Assembly (NCBI GenBank): GCA_951406725.2
Contig: OX597837.1
Coordinates: 806,001-870,000 of the forward strand
DNA length: 64,000 nucleotides
Direction: 5' to 3'
Source: Octopus vulgaris
Taxonomy: Eukaryota
Shown here: in pieces, positions 12,977-26,506 of the stretch
Layout: each line of letters starts with the position of its first letter
Position numbering within the stretch: the stretch's first letter is position 1
Notes under the pieces: generated by a model
What the model saw: the letters and a program-made list of their open reading frames with translations, nothing else
Databases searched by the model: none
What the model was told of the DNA's origin: nothing
Position numbers and translations under genes: made by a program

Positions 12977-13765
12977 TTAGTTGCGCTCCGTGGTAATCAA
13001 TGCGATGGCGATGCCGCGGAGAATGGTCAGTGGCACTCGCTGCAGCAACCACTTCACCTCGCAGGTCTCATTTCTCAAACGGGCCGCCACTATTTCTATT
13101 TTGTGGCAGAAATCGGTAGTAAGGGGCTCTAAAACACCTGATATATCGATGGTAACCGGCACAAACTGGTTAACACCCGGCCAGGCTCCTGTAGTCATTT
13201 TTCTCTCCTCCGCGTTACGGCGACGACACCGGGTTTGCAGCAGATGCCCTGAAGTTGGAGCCGAAGACCGTGCCGCTGCAGGTCATGTCCCAGACTAGAG
13301 ATCTGCCTCCCCCGAATGGGAAGAGCGTTAGCGGGTTATCCCGTTGGGGCGTGAACCGTCCCCGCAGTCAAGATCTGCTTCAGTTGAGACGGGAAGCCAG
13401 CCGCGTCAAGGTCTCTTCTGATGATGTCATTCAGGGTTGCAGGATAAAGGATGAAGGCCGAATTCATCTACTACTGCTCCGCAGTGACATTTGTGCAGCT
13501 TGTACATGCAAAGACCGAGGCGTTGGTCCACTCCAAAACGGATGCATCCATCTGGAAAGGTGTCGGCAGATGAAGAGGGCATCGAATTGAGTCATTCACT
13601 GCTATTTGGCTGCGAGGCAGGACGGAGTCATGTTAAGCGGTGCTGGTCAAGTGATGACTCATATCGCTCGAGGGTGGATTTACATATGCTGCCGTCTCAG
13701 TTTCGTTGGACATTCATATTCTGGGGGACGGTGAAACCATCAACAGTCCAGTCGGTTATTTAATG
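12977..13765 (-). mobile_element. Decayed 3' part of a CRE-clade (RLE endonuclease) non-LTR retrotransposon
   Basis: Minus-strand translation across stops and frameshifts gives LDQHRL..ASQPNSSE*LNSMPSSS, RLGLCMYKLHKCHCGAVVDEFGLHPLSC (CCHC finger), LNDIIRRDL, DGSRPNGIT..LFPFGGGRSLVWDMTC (PD..D RLE motif) and FVPVTIDISGVL..WLLQRVPLTILRG. Confidence 0.85.
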
Positions 13766-14734
13766 GGGGATGTCTTCACTTTTATTTCTTTTTGTATATA
13801 TTTTTTTCACGTTTATCTTTTCTTTCAAAAGACAATTCTGTTCATTTTTACTTTTCATTTATTCCAAGTTTAAATAACCATTTTGTTTCGAAGAAGTCTC
13901 TTTAGTGCTACTTCCTTTACTCTTTGTAGCTTTTACTACTCCTCTTGGAGACAAAACCATATTGAAGATTATCGTTAATAAACTTCGAGAAGAAAAAAAG
14001 AAATTGTGTATGAAACATCATGCTGATTTGTCGCGGGTATTGAAGAAGACGTGCCGCCGTTTCCAAAGTCGTTTGTTTATAGAATAATCCAAAAACAAAT
14101 AATTTATATTCAGTAAAAAAAAATCTTGTTAAAATATCCAAATATTCTCAAAGACTTCCATAACGCCCCCGTCGCGACCACAGAATAATAATTGCAACCA
14201 TATTAAAAGCTACAGCCGTCACTTGCAGCTATGTTTTAGTAGCTTGTCCCCAGATCCCCTTCATTGTTTTATTAGTGTCACGAGCAGACACACACCTTCA
14301 TACCTCCTCCAGGTTGTGTATGGGAGACAGACATTGGTTTGCAGTTTTTCGTTTTTCCTTCTTATCGGTTTCTAAAATATGAAAGACAAGCTTAGATATT
14401 TCGTCTGTCTTTACGTTCTGAGGTCAAATTCCACCAAATTCGACTTTGCCTTTCGTCCTTTCGGGAGTCGATAAATTAAGTACCAGTTGCATACTGTGGT
14501 TGATCTAATCGACTGCCCCACCTCCCCCAAAATTTCGGGCCTTGTGCCTAGAGTAGAAAAAAAAAATGCGAAAGACGAAGTTTGACCTCATGACGATTTG
14601 AACTTAGAACATTAAAAAAACAAAAATCTAGTAAAGGCTAAAAAGCAACTAGAAACACCGTCTCGGTTCTTCTGCCCTTAACTGAGTTGGAATATACATG
14701 TTATGGCAGCGAGCGCACAACAGAGTTTGAAGTA

Positions 14735-15119
14735 CAGTAGAACCTCGCAGTACAAGTTTTACCATTGTACAAGTAATTTGCGGTACGAGCCTCGTGCGAA
14801 TTTTTGTCTGGAAGGACGAGCGCAAAATCTGCAGTACGAGCACAAAAATCGTCGCCATCTTTAAGGTAATTCAATTACTAAAACCAGTTTATGAATTCCT
14901 TTGCATTCTCTTGTTTTATAATCGCCATTTAACATGTAGCTATACCTTTTTCTGTTTTCAAACCCATGAAAAATTATTTTTGAGTGGCTTTTGTGGGAGT
15001 GGAACAGATTAATTATATTTTAGTTAATTTCAATGAGGAAAATTGATTTGTTAAAGGAGAAAATCGTAAGACAAACTCGGTCTTGGAGCAAATTAAACTT
15101 TTACTGCGAGGTATCACTT
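14735..15119. mobile_element. pogo/Tigger-like MITE
   Basis: TA-CAGTAGAACCTCGCAGTA ... TACTGCGAGGTATCACT imperfect TIRs, no coding capacity. Confidence 0.6.
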
Positions 15120-15342
15120 TATTCTTATTTATCGGCTTCTGAAATATGAAAGGCAAAGTTGATCTTAGTTGGATTTGAACTCGGAGCATAAAGAACCATA
15201 ACAGAAATACTACTCTAACGACTCTGCCAATCCCCTACTTATAAAACTTGCAAATGTAAACACAAGATCAGGAATTTCTTAGGAAAGGATGCATCGATTA
15301 AATCAACATTAGCACTCCTTCGTTATCTTTATCGACTCCAAA

Positions 15343-15765
15343 GCGGCGAGCTGGCAGAACCGTTAGCACGCCGGGCGAAATGCGTAGCCGTATTTCGTCT
15401 GCCGTTACGTTCTGAGTTCAAATTCCACCGAGGTCGACTTTGCCTTTCATCCTTTCGGGGGCGATAAATTAAGTACCAGTTACTCACTGGGGTCGATAAA
15501 TTAAGTACCAGTTACGCACTGGGGTCGATATAATCGACTTAATCCGTTTGTCTGTCCTTGTTTGTCCTCTCTGTGTTTAGCCCCTTGTGGGTAGTAAAGA
15601 AATACGTATTTCGTCTGCCGTTACGTTCTGAGTTCAAATTCCGCCGAGGTCGACTTTGCCTTTTATCCTTTCGGGGTCGATAAATTAAGTACGAGTTGCG
15701 GAGTCGATCTAATTGACTGGTCCCCTCCCCCGAAATTTCGGGCCTTGTACCTAGAGTAGAAAAAA
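15343..15765 (+). mobile_element. Dimeric tRNA-derived SINE with Meta/MESC-like central domain
   Basis: GCGGCGAGCTGGCAGA head, GAGTTCAAATTCC B box, and the GGTCGACTTTGCCTTTCATCCTTTCGGGGTCGATAAA core present twice. Domain name is from recollection. Confidence 0.8.
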
Positions 15766-16340
15766 TTATCTTATCGATTCTGAATGTATGGAAGACTGGC
15801 CACTCCAGTTCATTCAGCTGCTAATTATGCACATCGTTGCTGGTGGACGGCCACAGCCGTAACGGACCAGGGATAAACAAGCATGAACAAGGGAAACCTT
15901 CCAATGAATGAACTGCTATATCGTTTCTTTTACCCTTGTGCGTGTGTCTCAGAGACAAAGTGTGTGTGAGTCTTTATGTTGACATCATCTTCAAACAAAA
16001 ACCGGTACTCTTTATGTGCCGTAACTTAGAGGTTTGACAAAAGGCGTCCGATAAAAGTATCATACTTTAAAATAAGCGTAAGGATCGATAAGATACAATA
16101 AACAAAAACTTCACGACGCTCCAGCATGGTCGTAGTCCAATGCATGAATGAAGCCGAAGAGTTAAAAATATATATTTAATTTATTAGTAAAAAGATGATG
16201 GATAGAGAGGAGAGCGGGTGGATTATACCGACAAATTAGGAGAAAGCAGCAGAGATGAGGTTGATTGTTTTGCAGGTGGGCTGGTGGGGGTATATCTGAT
16301 ATAAGTGGGGGGGGGTGACAAATGGAAACAGCAGACAAAC

Positions 16341-16391
<51 letters not shown>

Positions 16392-16599
16392 TTTTGAATA
16401 TATTTACTTAACATCATTTTACACGTGTTTCAGTGTAAGTTATGATCGAATTACGTAATACCAGGCAAGAGACGTTCTACTTGGCTTTCCTTTCGAAACT
16501 CAGCTTAACCTGGATGAAATAATTCAGTTTTAATCTTCATTTGAAATAAGTTTCAGATGACGAAATGAAATTAATTCAGAACCAATTCGCTAGTTTGGT

Positions 16600-16955
16600 T
16601 TCGGTTGTGTGGCAAAGAAGTTTGCTTTGCAACCACATACTTTCGGTGTTAGTCCCACAAGGCGGCACCTTCAGCAAGTATCTTCTGCTCTAGCCTCGGA
16701 CAGACCAATTCCTTATCAGGGAATTTGATAGACGTAAACTGCATGCAAGCCCGCCGCGTGTGTACGCATGTTTGCTCCATCCATTCCGCTTGACAACCGG
16801 TGTTGCTTTGTTTACTTAAGAGTAACTTAACGATTTGGCAAAAAATATTGATAGAATAAGAAACCCAAAAATCTAATGGTGATTTATTCGACTGGACTCT
16901 TTAATGCATTGCTCCAGCATGAGCGTAGTCTAATAACTTAAGCAAGTGAAAGGTA
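16600..16955 (+). mobile_element. Diverged CORE-like SINE
   Basis: Head, core and tail blocks recognisable. Confidence 0.65.
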
Positions 16956-17709
16956 AGATATATAAGCGCGTGCGAGCGCACACACATTTTTCAACATAGA
17001 CTTTATATAAACTTTAATGTACTTTATACACACAATGTATACATGCCCATATTACAGGCAGGCTTCTGCATAGTTTCCCTTAACCGATTTCAGTGACAAG
17101 ACTTCAGTCTCACGACTACAATTGTTGAAAGCCATTGGTACTAAATATGGCTGCGAAGCGAACCTGTGATGTACTCAACCCTGTCTGTGTCTATAGGAAT
17201 ATAATTGCGACTGGCAATGCATATCAGTAGGTAAAAATTGACACGGTTGTCTTTATTTCGGCTTTAGGAGACCCGACTATATTACAGGTATTTCAGTTTA
17301 TTAACTATTTCTTTCTACTCACACAAGAAGGAGAAAAAGAAAAAAAGAATAGAAAAACTGTATTATTCTCTGTTCGGTGTGATGGAGGCTGTGTGCAGGA
17401 TTTGAACTCGGAACGTTAATGAGAAAAAAGTCATAAAAGTAAGGAGGAGAAGGGTGGTATACAATGCACTGTTTTACTGTCTGCTGTTTCCACTGCACTT
17501 CCTCAGCCTCCATTAAGTGACTTAACAGAGGTAAACGCATAACAGTCACACACACACACACACACACACACAGTATAAGCAGGCGTGCAAACACACACAC
17601 ACTTAAACGTATATGCATTAGTACGAGGATAATGACACACGCGTACATGCACAGACAAGCATATGCACGCACGCATAGTGCCGAGTATACATATACAAAG
17701 CAAACCTGA

Positions 17710-17761
<52 letters not shown>

Positions 17762-17924
17762 AAGCATACATAAGACTTTCATAAACACACATTCACACGC
17801 CGTCACCAACGCACACGCACACACACACACGCGCGCGCGCATAATCCTACATCAATACAAAAGCATTTAAACAGACACACGGAGAGAGAAACGTACACAC
17901 AGACACAGGGACATACAGACAGTG

Positions 17925-17973
<49 letters not shown>

Positions 17974-18062
17974 GAGAGAGAAAATGACAGCTAGATATAG
18001 AGGGAAAGCGAGATAACTGGACTGACATACAAATATATATATACATACACACACACACATAC

Positions 18063-18133
<71 letters not shown>

Positions 18134-18489
18134 AATGTAAAGCGGCAAACAGCGACAGAGGGATATATATATATATATATACATATAAATATGAGAGAGA
18201 GACGGAGAGACAGAAAGCTAGACCGACAGTTTGCAATAAACAGATAGATAAATGGATATATAAGAGGACACACACACACACATATAGCGGGAAAGAGAGT
18301 TAGACCGAAGACGAGAGATAGATACAAAGTGATGGAAAGAGAGAGAGGCAGATGAAGAGATAAATATACATATGTATATATAGAGAGAGAGGGAGAGGTA
18401 GAGAAAGCTAGACCGACAGGCAGCGATAGAAAGACAGAGAGAGGGAGATATAAAGAGAGAGGGAGGAGGGTGTCTAATGCTGAAGCTAC

Positions 18490-18523
18490 TCAGTTTCTGC
18501 CGTGCCACCACCAAAGCCAGTCT
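18490..18523 (+). promoter_or_regulatory. Candidate core promoter/TSS (Inr TCAGTT, DPE-like AGTCT at +28)
   Basis: TCAGTT at 18490-18495 begins a non-repetitive island after GA-rich tracts, about 850 nt upstream of the ATG. Motif match only. Confidence 0.3.
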
Positions 18524-18844
18524 CTGGCATTCTGGAGTTCTTCACAGACACTGTTGGTTGGGGTTCGTTTACCGACTGTTTGACACCGACTTACACATAC
18601 ACACATATACACACACACATGTATCTATATACGCATAGACATGATTTAAATATTGCGGTAGATAGGCACACACAATAACGTAGATACATACACATACTGT
18701 ACATAGAAAAACGGATTATATATATAAACATATATACACATACCGCGTATGTATATATATCTACGCACGGCTCCTGTACAATAACAAACATTATACACAA
18801 TAACAGCCTCTCTCTTTCTCTCTCACTCTCTCTCTCTCTCTCTC

Positions 18845-18919
<75 letters not shown>

Positions 18920-19342
18920 ATATACATACATATATAAACACATGCACACACACATAGCAATTATATGACCATATAAACAGAGTACGCACGCACGCACACA
19001 TGCACACAAGTGTACACATACACGCACATACATAAACCGACATTCATATATATATATACATACATTTATATAAACACACACGTTCATATAAACACACATA
19101 CACACGCACTAGAGTACACACGCCGTGTTTGTTGTTGTAGTGGTTTTATGCGCATACACACGCGTGTGCGCACAATACACACACACCACACACTTCAACA
19201 ACAACACCTCTCAGTGTCACCTCCACCTCGTTGATTGACGGCTCGACACTCATACACACATATAGATATACACATATATATACACACACAAACAAACATC
19301 TATATACGCATCACAACATCTATAACCACGGAGCGTATTGTC

Positions 19343-19921
19343 ATGGGGACACACGACGCTGCTGGCCTTGTTTCGCTTCGGAGCCGGAAATTTAGCTGCT
19401 CATCACCACTGTTATCATCATTATCATTATCTTCATCACTGTCATCATCTTCGTCGTCAGCGTCATCAGCATCACCATTATCATCATCATCATCTTCAGT
19501 CTCATTAACACCAGCGTCGACGTTGTCCGCGTCGTCGCCCTTAAACATGCATTATCAATATAAAAACAACAGCAAAAGCCACCACCACGACAACAACAAC
19601 AATAACAACCACAATAACAAACACAAAAACCAATATGACTGCAAGCAACATCATCAACAACAACAACAACAACAACAACAACAAATACAACCACAACAAA
19701 AACAACCTCACCAACACCAAAGTTACCACTATCAAGGCTTCTACCCAAACTGGAGGAAATACCCGCTTACTTTAAACGGTTGGAGACAGCTGGGGTGGTT
19801 ACCTACCACCTGGTTATTATTATTATTATTACTGTTCTCATTAAGCACACCTGTATTTATCACACCTTGTACCGCAATGGACCTACTCGATAAGGTACAA
19901 ACAAAGGAAAATCTGCAAGAG
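19343..19921 (+). CDS. First coding exon of a secreted/membrane protein: low-complexity leader, signal peptide, mature N-terminus (MDLLDKVQTKENLQE)
   Basis: ATG in gtcATGg context. 193 open codons with poly-S, poly-N and poly-Q tracts, then WRKYPLTLNGWRQLGWLPTTWLLLLLLLFSLSTPVFITPCTA, which looks like a signal peptide with a C-T-A cleavage site. Ends at a phase-0 donor GAG|GTAGGC just before an in-frame stop. Confidence 0.75.
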
Positions 19922-20799
19922 GTAGGCATCTAATTCTTTGATTTATAACCAAATTCTCAACACAACTTTAAATATTGCTTTCAGGTTCCGGATCCTACCA
20001 AGGTGCCCTTTATCTAACAAAAGCTTAACTTATTATTTTTTTAAATGGTTTACCTGAAATCAAAGAAGGAGGGGGTTGTTGTTTTTGACTCTACCATGTT
20101 TTAGGGTCTTCGTAATTTGGATGGGTGGAAGAGAAGATATTATTTCTCCAGGCCTGAGGTTTGACCCTCACCTGAATGCTTGCAAGAGAGTAAACTCGCC
20201 GCTTAATGCCAGCACCAAAGGCCAGGAAGTTCTCAGCGTTAACCTGAACATTAAAAGTACAAGTCCTTACTCGGGTTATTTAAACTGGGTTGATGTCCCG
20301 TTTAAATGTACCGGAGGAAGAAGAATTCAATTAATATAAACATATTTATAAACATTAATATAAACCTATAAAAAATACCAGTAAACTACTGGGCATTTAT
20401 AATTGTCACCTTCCAACCACTTCTACCTGTGATAATAATCGATAATTTTTTGTGTTTTCACACACTTTTATCGATCGTTCGATGTAAACAGAGAAACTGT
20501 GTGCGTGTGTGCGCGCGTGTACACTTTGTGTGATTCGATGGATGTGTATGTACCTGTGTGTATATGTGTTTATATACATGTGTACGTATGTGTATACGTG
20601 AGTGTATGTGCGTATGTATATACGTGGCCTGTTTGTATATACGTGTATGAATGTACATGTGTATATATGCATGTACTGTTGAAAGTGTGTATATGTATAT
20701 ATAAACGTGTATCTGTACAGGTGTGTATATGCATATAGATAGCTGTGTGTGTGTACATAGTATTTGAATTTTTGGTACAAAACTATTCATAAACACACC

Positions 20800-20846
<47 letters not shown>

Positions 20847-21263
20847 GTGTGTGTATGTGTGGATATACACGTGTGTATATATATGCACACACACTCACTC
20901 ACACACACACACACACACACACAAATGTACTATGAATATACTCCACAATGCAGCCTCGCAAAAAAAGTGTAAAAAGCCACATATACATATATATAATGGG
21001 ATCCGCTTTATATAATCACTAATATTATCAGTTATTATCCTTAAAGTCAGTGACTCCCAGACTATTTAAATAAAGACCAACTGGTTATTATTATTACTAT
21101 TATCATTATTAGAAGCCGGTAAAAGTTGTCGAGGTTTCGTTCTAAAGCGATCACATTAAGCGGCTTTCAGTGATTTCAAACTGTCCTATCAGACGGTTGA
21201 CGAAATAAGATCAAACAAAACCGGTATCAGGTTGTTTCTATACCGTGTGTGTGTGTTTGTATA

Positions 21264-21318
<55 letters not shown>

Positions 21319-21330
21319 ATATAAAGAGCG

Positions 21331-21365
<35 letters not shown>

Positions 21366-21377
21366 ATATAAAGAGCG

Positions 21378-21418
<41 letters not shown>

Positions 21419-21431
21419 ATATATAAAGAGC

Positions 21432-21468
<37 letters not shown>

Positions 21469-21589
21469 CATACTTACTAAATTTCAAATCCACCCATCCA
21501 GTTTATGTAGAATAAGTTTGAATTGATCTGTATAGTAAACACCTGTGATTCCCTGCGGGTTGTTACTTTGTGTAACTTAAATAACAACA

Positions 21590-22585
21590 GTCGTTTCTAC
21601 TGGAGGAACAAGGCCTGAAATTTTGGTGCAGGTAGCTAGTCGATTACACTGACCCCAGCATTTCACTGGTACTTAATTTATCGATCCCGAAAGGATGAAA
21701 AGCAAAGTCGGCGTCGGCGGAATTTGAACTCAGTACTGCTAAGCATTTCGTCCAGCGTGTTAACGATTTTACCACCTCGCCGCCTTCAATAATAATAAAT
21801 CTTTTCTTCTCTAGGCACAAGGCCCGAATTTTTGGGGAAGGTGGGGCCAGTCGATTAGATCGACCCACGTACGCAGCTAGTACTTAATTTATCGACCCCG
21901 TAAGGATGAAAGGCTAAGTCGACCTCGGCGGAATTTGAACTCAGAACGTAACGACAGACGAAATACCGCTGAGCATTTCGCTCGGCGCGCTAACGTTTCT
22001 GCCAGCTCACCGCCTTTAATAATAATAATAATTTCAGATTTTAGCACAAGGCCAGCACCTTTGAGTGAAGGGAATTAGTTGGTTACATCGACCCCAGTAT
22101 TTTGAACTCGGAACGTAATGGATCAGAAAAAAGTGCTGCCGCGCATTTTGTTCGACGCGCTAACTATTCTGCCATTTTTAAATAGTCAAATTTGGGCATA
22201 AGGTTAGCAATTTTAAGGGAGGAGATTAGTAGAGTACACCGGCCCCAGTACTTAATTGGTACTTTATCGATCCGAAAGGATAAAGGACGAAGTCGACCTC
22301 AGCAGAATTTGAACGCAGAACGAATGCGGCCGAGTAATATACTTCCGACGATCAACCGATTCCGCCAGCTCACTGCCAGGAAATGGTTTTTGGTTTAAGC
22401 ACAAGACCTGCAGATTCTAGGGGAGGGGGTTTCATCGATACCATAGGCCCCCAGTACTTCACTGGTACTTTATTTTATCGACTTTGAAAGGTGAATTTGG
22501 CTATGTTAGAACTCAGTACGAAGAAAGTTGAAAGAAATACAGCTAAGCACATTGTCCGACGATCGAACGAGTCTACCAGCTTCAT
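21590..22585 (-). mobile_element. Head-to-tail cluster of about 5 Meta-like SINE monomers
   Basis: The GGAATTTGAACTCAG..CTAAGCATTT motif, or a close variant, recurs about every 200 nt. Confidence 0.75.
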
Positions 22586-22647
22586 TATTGGAAGATATAC
22601 ACACATACACTTGTGTGTGTGTATGCGTGTGTGTGTGTGTGTGTGTG

Positions 22648-22683
<36 letters not shown>

Positions 22684-23904
22684 GTATTTTATATTGTAGT
22701 ATATAATTAAGTTTATTTTTCAATTCATTACAACTCCAAGTTCATCTCCTTTGCTCGCCACCCCCACAGAGCATTTCCTGTTCTTCAGGTAATGAATCAG
22801 ATGGAAGCCTTCCTGCTAAATGCTAAATGATTTTAACATTTAAAAGGAAAACCTGGATTTAATTCATTGCTTGATGATCCGGAAACGGCGAAACTTTTTG
22901 TTGGGAGGCGACCGAAAAATAATGCTACAATTAAATTCATAGATCTATGCAACCACTTTATATATATATATATATAGATAGATAGATATATGTATATATA
23001 TACATAATATGTGTGTGTGGTGATGTGCTGAAAACTTAGGAAAGAGAACTTAGCACTAAATGCCATCAGAAAATTTTAGAACGTAGTTCATTAGTTTTGT
23101 CCATCAACGGTTTAAAGTTCAATCCTAGCTGGGGGCGCTGTTTGACTTTCATGTTTTCGTGATAATAGTCACTTTAGTGGCTGGTAGTGTTGATATTGTT
23201 CTTGGTGATGGTGGTGGGGTTTGGATTTTCCTGGATCATTAGCATGCAACAAGTATTAGAACAGTACATATTTGGGCGAGACCATTAACGGATTCGTTAA
23301 AGTGTTAGACAAACTACCTTTGCACGATGTCTAGCTACGGTCCTTTATGATCCAAGTTCCAATCTCGCTGAAATCAAAGTTATCTTTTATTTTTTGCAAT
23401 GTCGATGTAATTGAATAATTCCTTACCCATCGCACTTAAAAACCCGTGCTCATTTTAGATAATAATATTTCTTTAAAATCTTTACTGCCCATTCCGTTGT
23501 GAGTTCAAATATCGCCGAGGTCAACACTATCGTTCTGGTGTTTTATATAAAAAAAGTACCTTTCGTATGCTCGGGTCAATATACTCGACTAAAATTAAAA
23601 TGCAGGTTCTGTACTTCCTTCTGCTCATATTGTGCTTTTGGGGCGAAAGTGTTTAGAAATACCTACATCCATATATAACTATGTAGACCGATGGAATGAC
23701 ATATAGAAAGGGGCACAAATACATGAGGGGGTGACCATTCTTGAAGCTGTGGTGGTTCCCTTGATGGGCCTTGGACGGCGACTCTCTTCTTAAACCTTTT
23801 GAAATATATGTATATAGCATACATCGACACTTCATGTAACCTGTTCCTAAAATCTCCCCTTGTAGCAATGAAAGACGATTATTCAGAATTGTTAGAGGGG
23901 CAGA

Positions 23905-24290
23905 CAAGTTGTGGCACAGGGCCAGCAATTTCGGAGGAGAGGGTCAAGTCGATTACCTGTACTTCACTGGTACTTATTTTGTCGCTCCCGAAAGCATGAA
24001 AGACAAATTCCACCTTTGTGGAATCTGAACTCAGAACGAAAAACCGGACGAAATACCTATTTCTTTACTACCCACAAGGGGCTAAACACAGAGGGGACAA
24101 ACAGGGACAGACACACGAATTAAGTCGATTACATCGACCCCAGTGCGTAACTGGTACTTATTTAATCGACCCCAAAAGGATGAAAGGCAAAGTCGACCTC
24201 GGCGGAATTTGAACTCAGAATGTAGCGGCAGACGAAATACCGCTAAGCATTTCGCCCAGCGTGCTAACGATTCTGCCAGTTCGCCACCTT
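23905..24290 (-). mobile_element. Dimeric Meta-like SINE, reverse orientation
   Basis: Reverse complement of the same head, core and linker. Confidence 0.8.
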
Positions 24291-26506
24291 CGACTGCTTA
24301 AATACTTGGTTCGAATCCTGCCATTGTCAACGTTCTTTTTCATCCCTCTTTCATTTAGAGTCAAATAAATAAGGTAGCAGTCAAGTCCTGGGGTCGATGT
24401 AATTGATTTACCCATTTCTCCTCAAAAACTGCTGGCCTTGTGCCAAAAATCAGAAGCCATTCTGTCAACCGGCACACTTGTTAGAGAGTCGAAGAAAACG
24501 CCATTGATAATTTCTTCCGGTTTTCCATGTTTCGAGTTCAAATCTCGCCGAAGTCCACTTCACCTTATACGCTCTCGCGGTCGATTAAATAAAGTACTAG
24601 TTATGCAGTGGTGGTGGTGGTGGGGGAATCTAATCGACTACTCTTTTCTCCACAAGTTCTAGGCCCTCTACCTAAATTTTAGAAAATATGATTATTTATA
24701 TTAAGGCTGCCAGCTGGCTGAGTCGTTGGCTCGCCGGGTGAAATGCTTAGCGGTATTTCGTCCGTCTTTATGTTGTGAGTTCAAATTCCGCCGAGGTCGA
24801 TTTTGCCTTTCATTCTTTCGGGGTCGATAAAATAAGTATCAGTTGAACATTGGGGTTGATGTAATCGACTATCACTCTCCCCACAAATTCCTGAATATTA
24901 TTATTATTCATGTCTTAACATTCTGATTTTAAACCCTCTCTGGGATCAATATTACCTTTCATCTTTCCAGGATCGATAAAATACCGATTCTATATGGGGA
25001 TCCCGGTGACCGACTGTTTCCGAAACTTTTGGTCTTCTCCTTATCTTAAAAATCATTAAAGGCTACAGATTGAAAGAATTCTTTGACCGATTACAAGTTC
25101 GTGAGTTCAATTCCAAAGCTGGACGATGCGTTGTGTTTCATGTGAGAACCTTCATCTCATGTGGCTCCACTCAACTTAAAATGAATTGTTCATTTTAGAG
25201 GTATGTCTCCTCCCAGACTTTTAGCCCTCCAAATCTTGCGATGTAACACATCATCGGTCCTTAGTGGCACACTGGTCCAATCATTTCCCTGCAACTATTT
25301 TCCACTTCTTTAAAACGTAGTACGGAGTGCAATGTGGGGTGATAGGGCTGCTATTTCTAGTAGGCTGACAAATCACATACAGGCTACCCCTTTTCCTTAG
25401 CTCGGTAAGTAACAACCAAGTATTGAGATCGAACTTTCGCCTACCGTTAAACTGGATTTGTGGGCTTGTGCGTATCTAAGATATCGTTATTGGATATAAT
25501 AACCAGTAGAGCTCCGGACCTTTGTGCTGTTGCGCGTCTTTAATATCTTGATTTTAAATACTGCGGAGTGGGGATTGGTACAATAAGATACCAGCAATAT
25601 ACTGGGGGAAGGGGGAAAATAATGATTAATATACATATAATGTTTCGTCAAAGTTTGTGTGTCTGTGTGCGCAAATTAGCAATCGTGATCACTGCAGAAA
25701 GAAAACAGACGTGATGGGCATTACTGGAACAATTCTGATCATGAAAGCCTTGTTGATCAACAATTTATAGGAAGTTAATTTTTATTTATTTTTCTTTCTC
25801 TAACGATTCTCCTTGTGTTCGAATCGCACTCCCGTCAGGTTTTTAGTTTTATCCACCAAAGATTCGCGGAAAATGCATACCAGCTACATACTGGGGCGGG
25901 CGAACGATTGATTCGATAAAATCCATTCCAAAAATGTGTGGTCTTATGATGCCTCTCTAAAGAATTCATTATTACTGAGATCACTGAATCGGTAGAGCAT
26001 CGAGCGAAAAAAATGCCTGGAAGAAGTCAATTACGATTCGCTACGTTCTGAGTTGGAATTTCTGTTGAGGTTAAATTCGGCTTCCATCTTGAAGGAATCG
26101 ATAAAACGAAGCACCAGACGTCTGTTTAGTCAATCGAACCCTTCCTTCCATTGCCATACTAAATCGTTGGCCTTGTGCCTATGTAGGAAAGTATTATTTT
26201 TGAATTATTACGGTTCTTTACGTTCTGAGTTCAAATCTCACCCACGTCATCTTTATCATCCGCTTGAGATCGATTGAAATAAAGTACCTAGCAAGTATTG
26301 ATATCGATTTAATCTACCATTTTCTCCTCGCAAATTCCTGGATTCTGGCTATCTTAGTAAGTAAGGTGACAGAATCGATGGGACGTGCGGCAAACAAACT
26401 AGAATAAAACCCCATCACCGGACCGGATAGTGGGGAGGTGGGGAGTTTGCCTTCCAACATTCAAAGCATACACTATGTACCAGTAATATACTACTGATAT
26501 CGAAAA

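Noticed and set aside
12981-13763. Plus-strand ORFs of 90-111 aa
   Set aside because: Antisense shadows of the decayed CRE retrotransposon.
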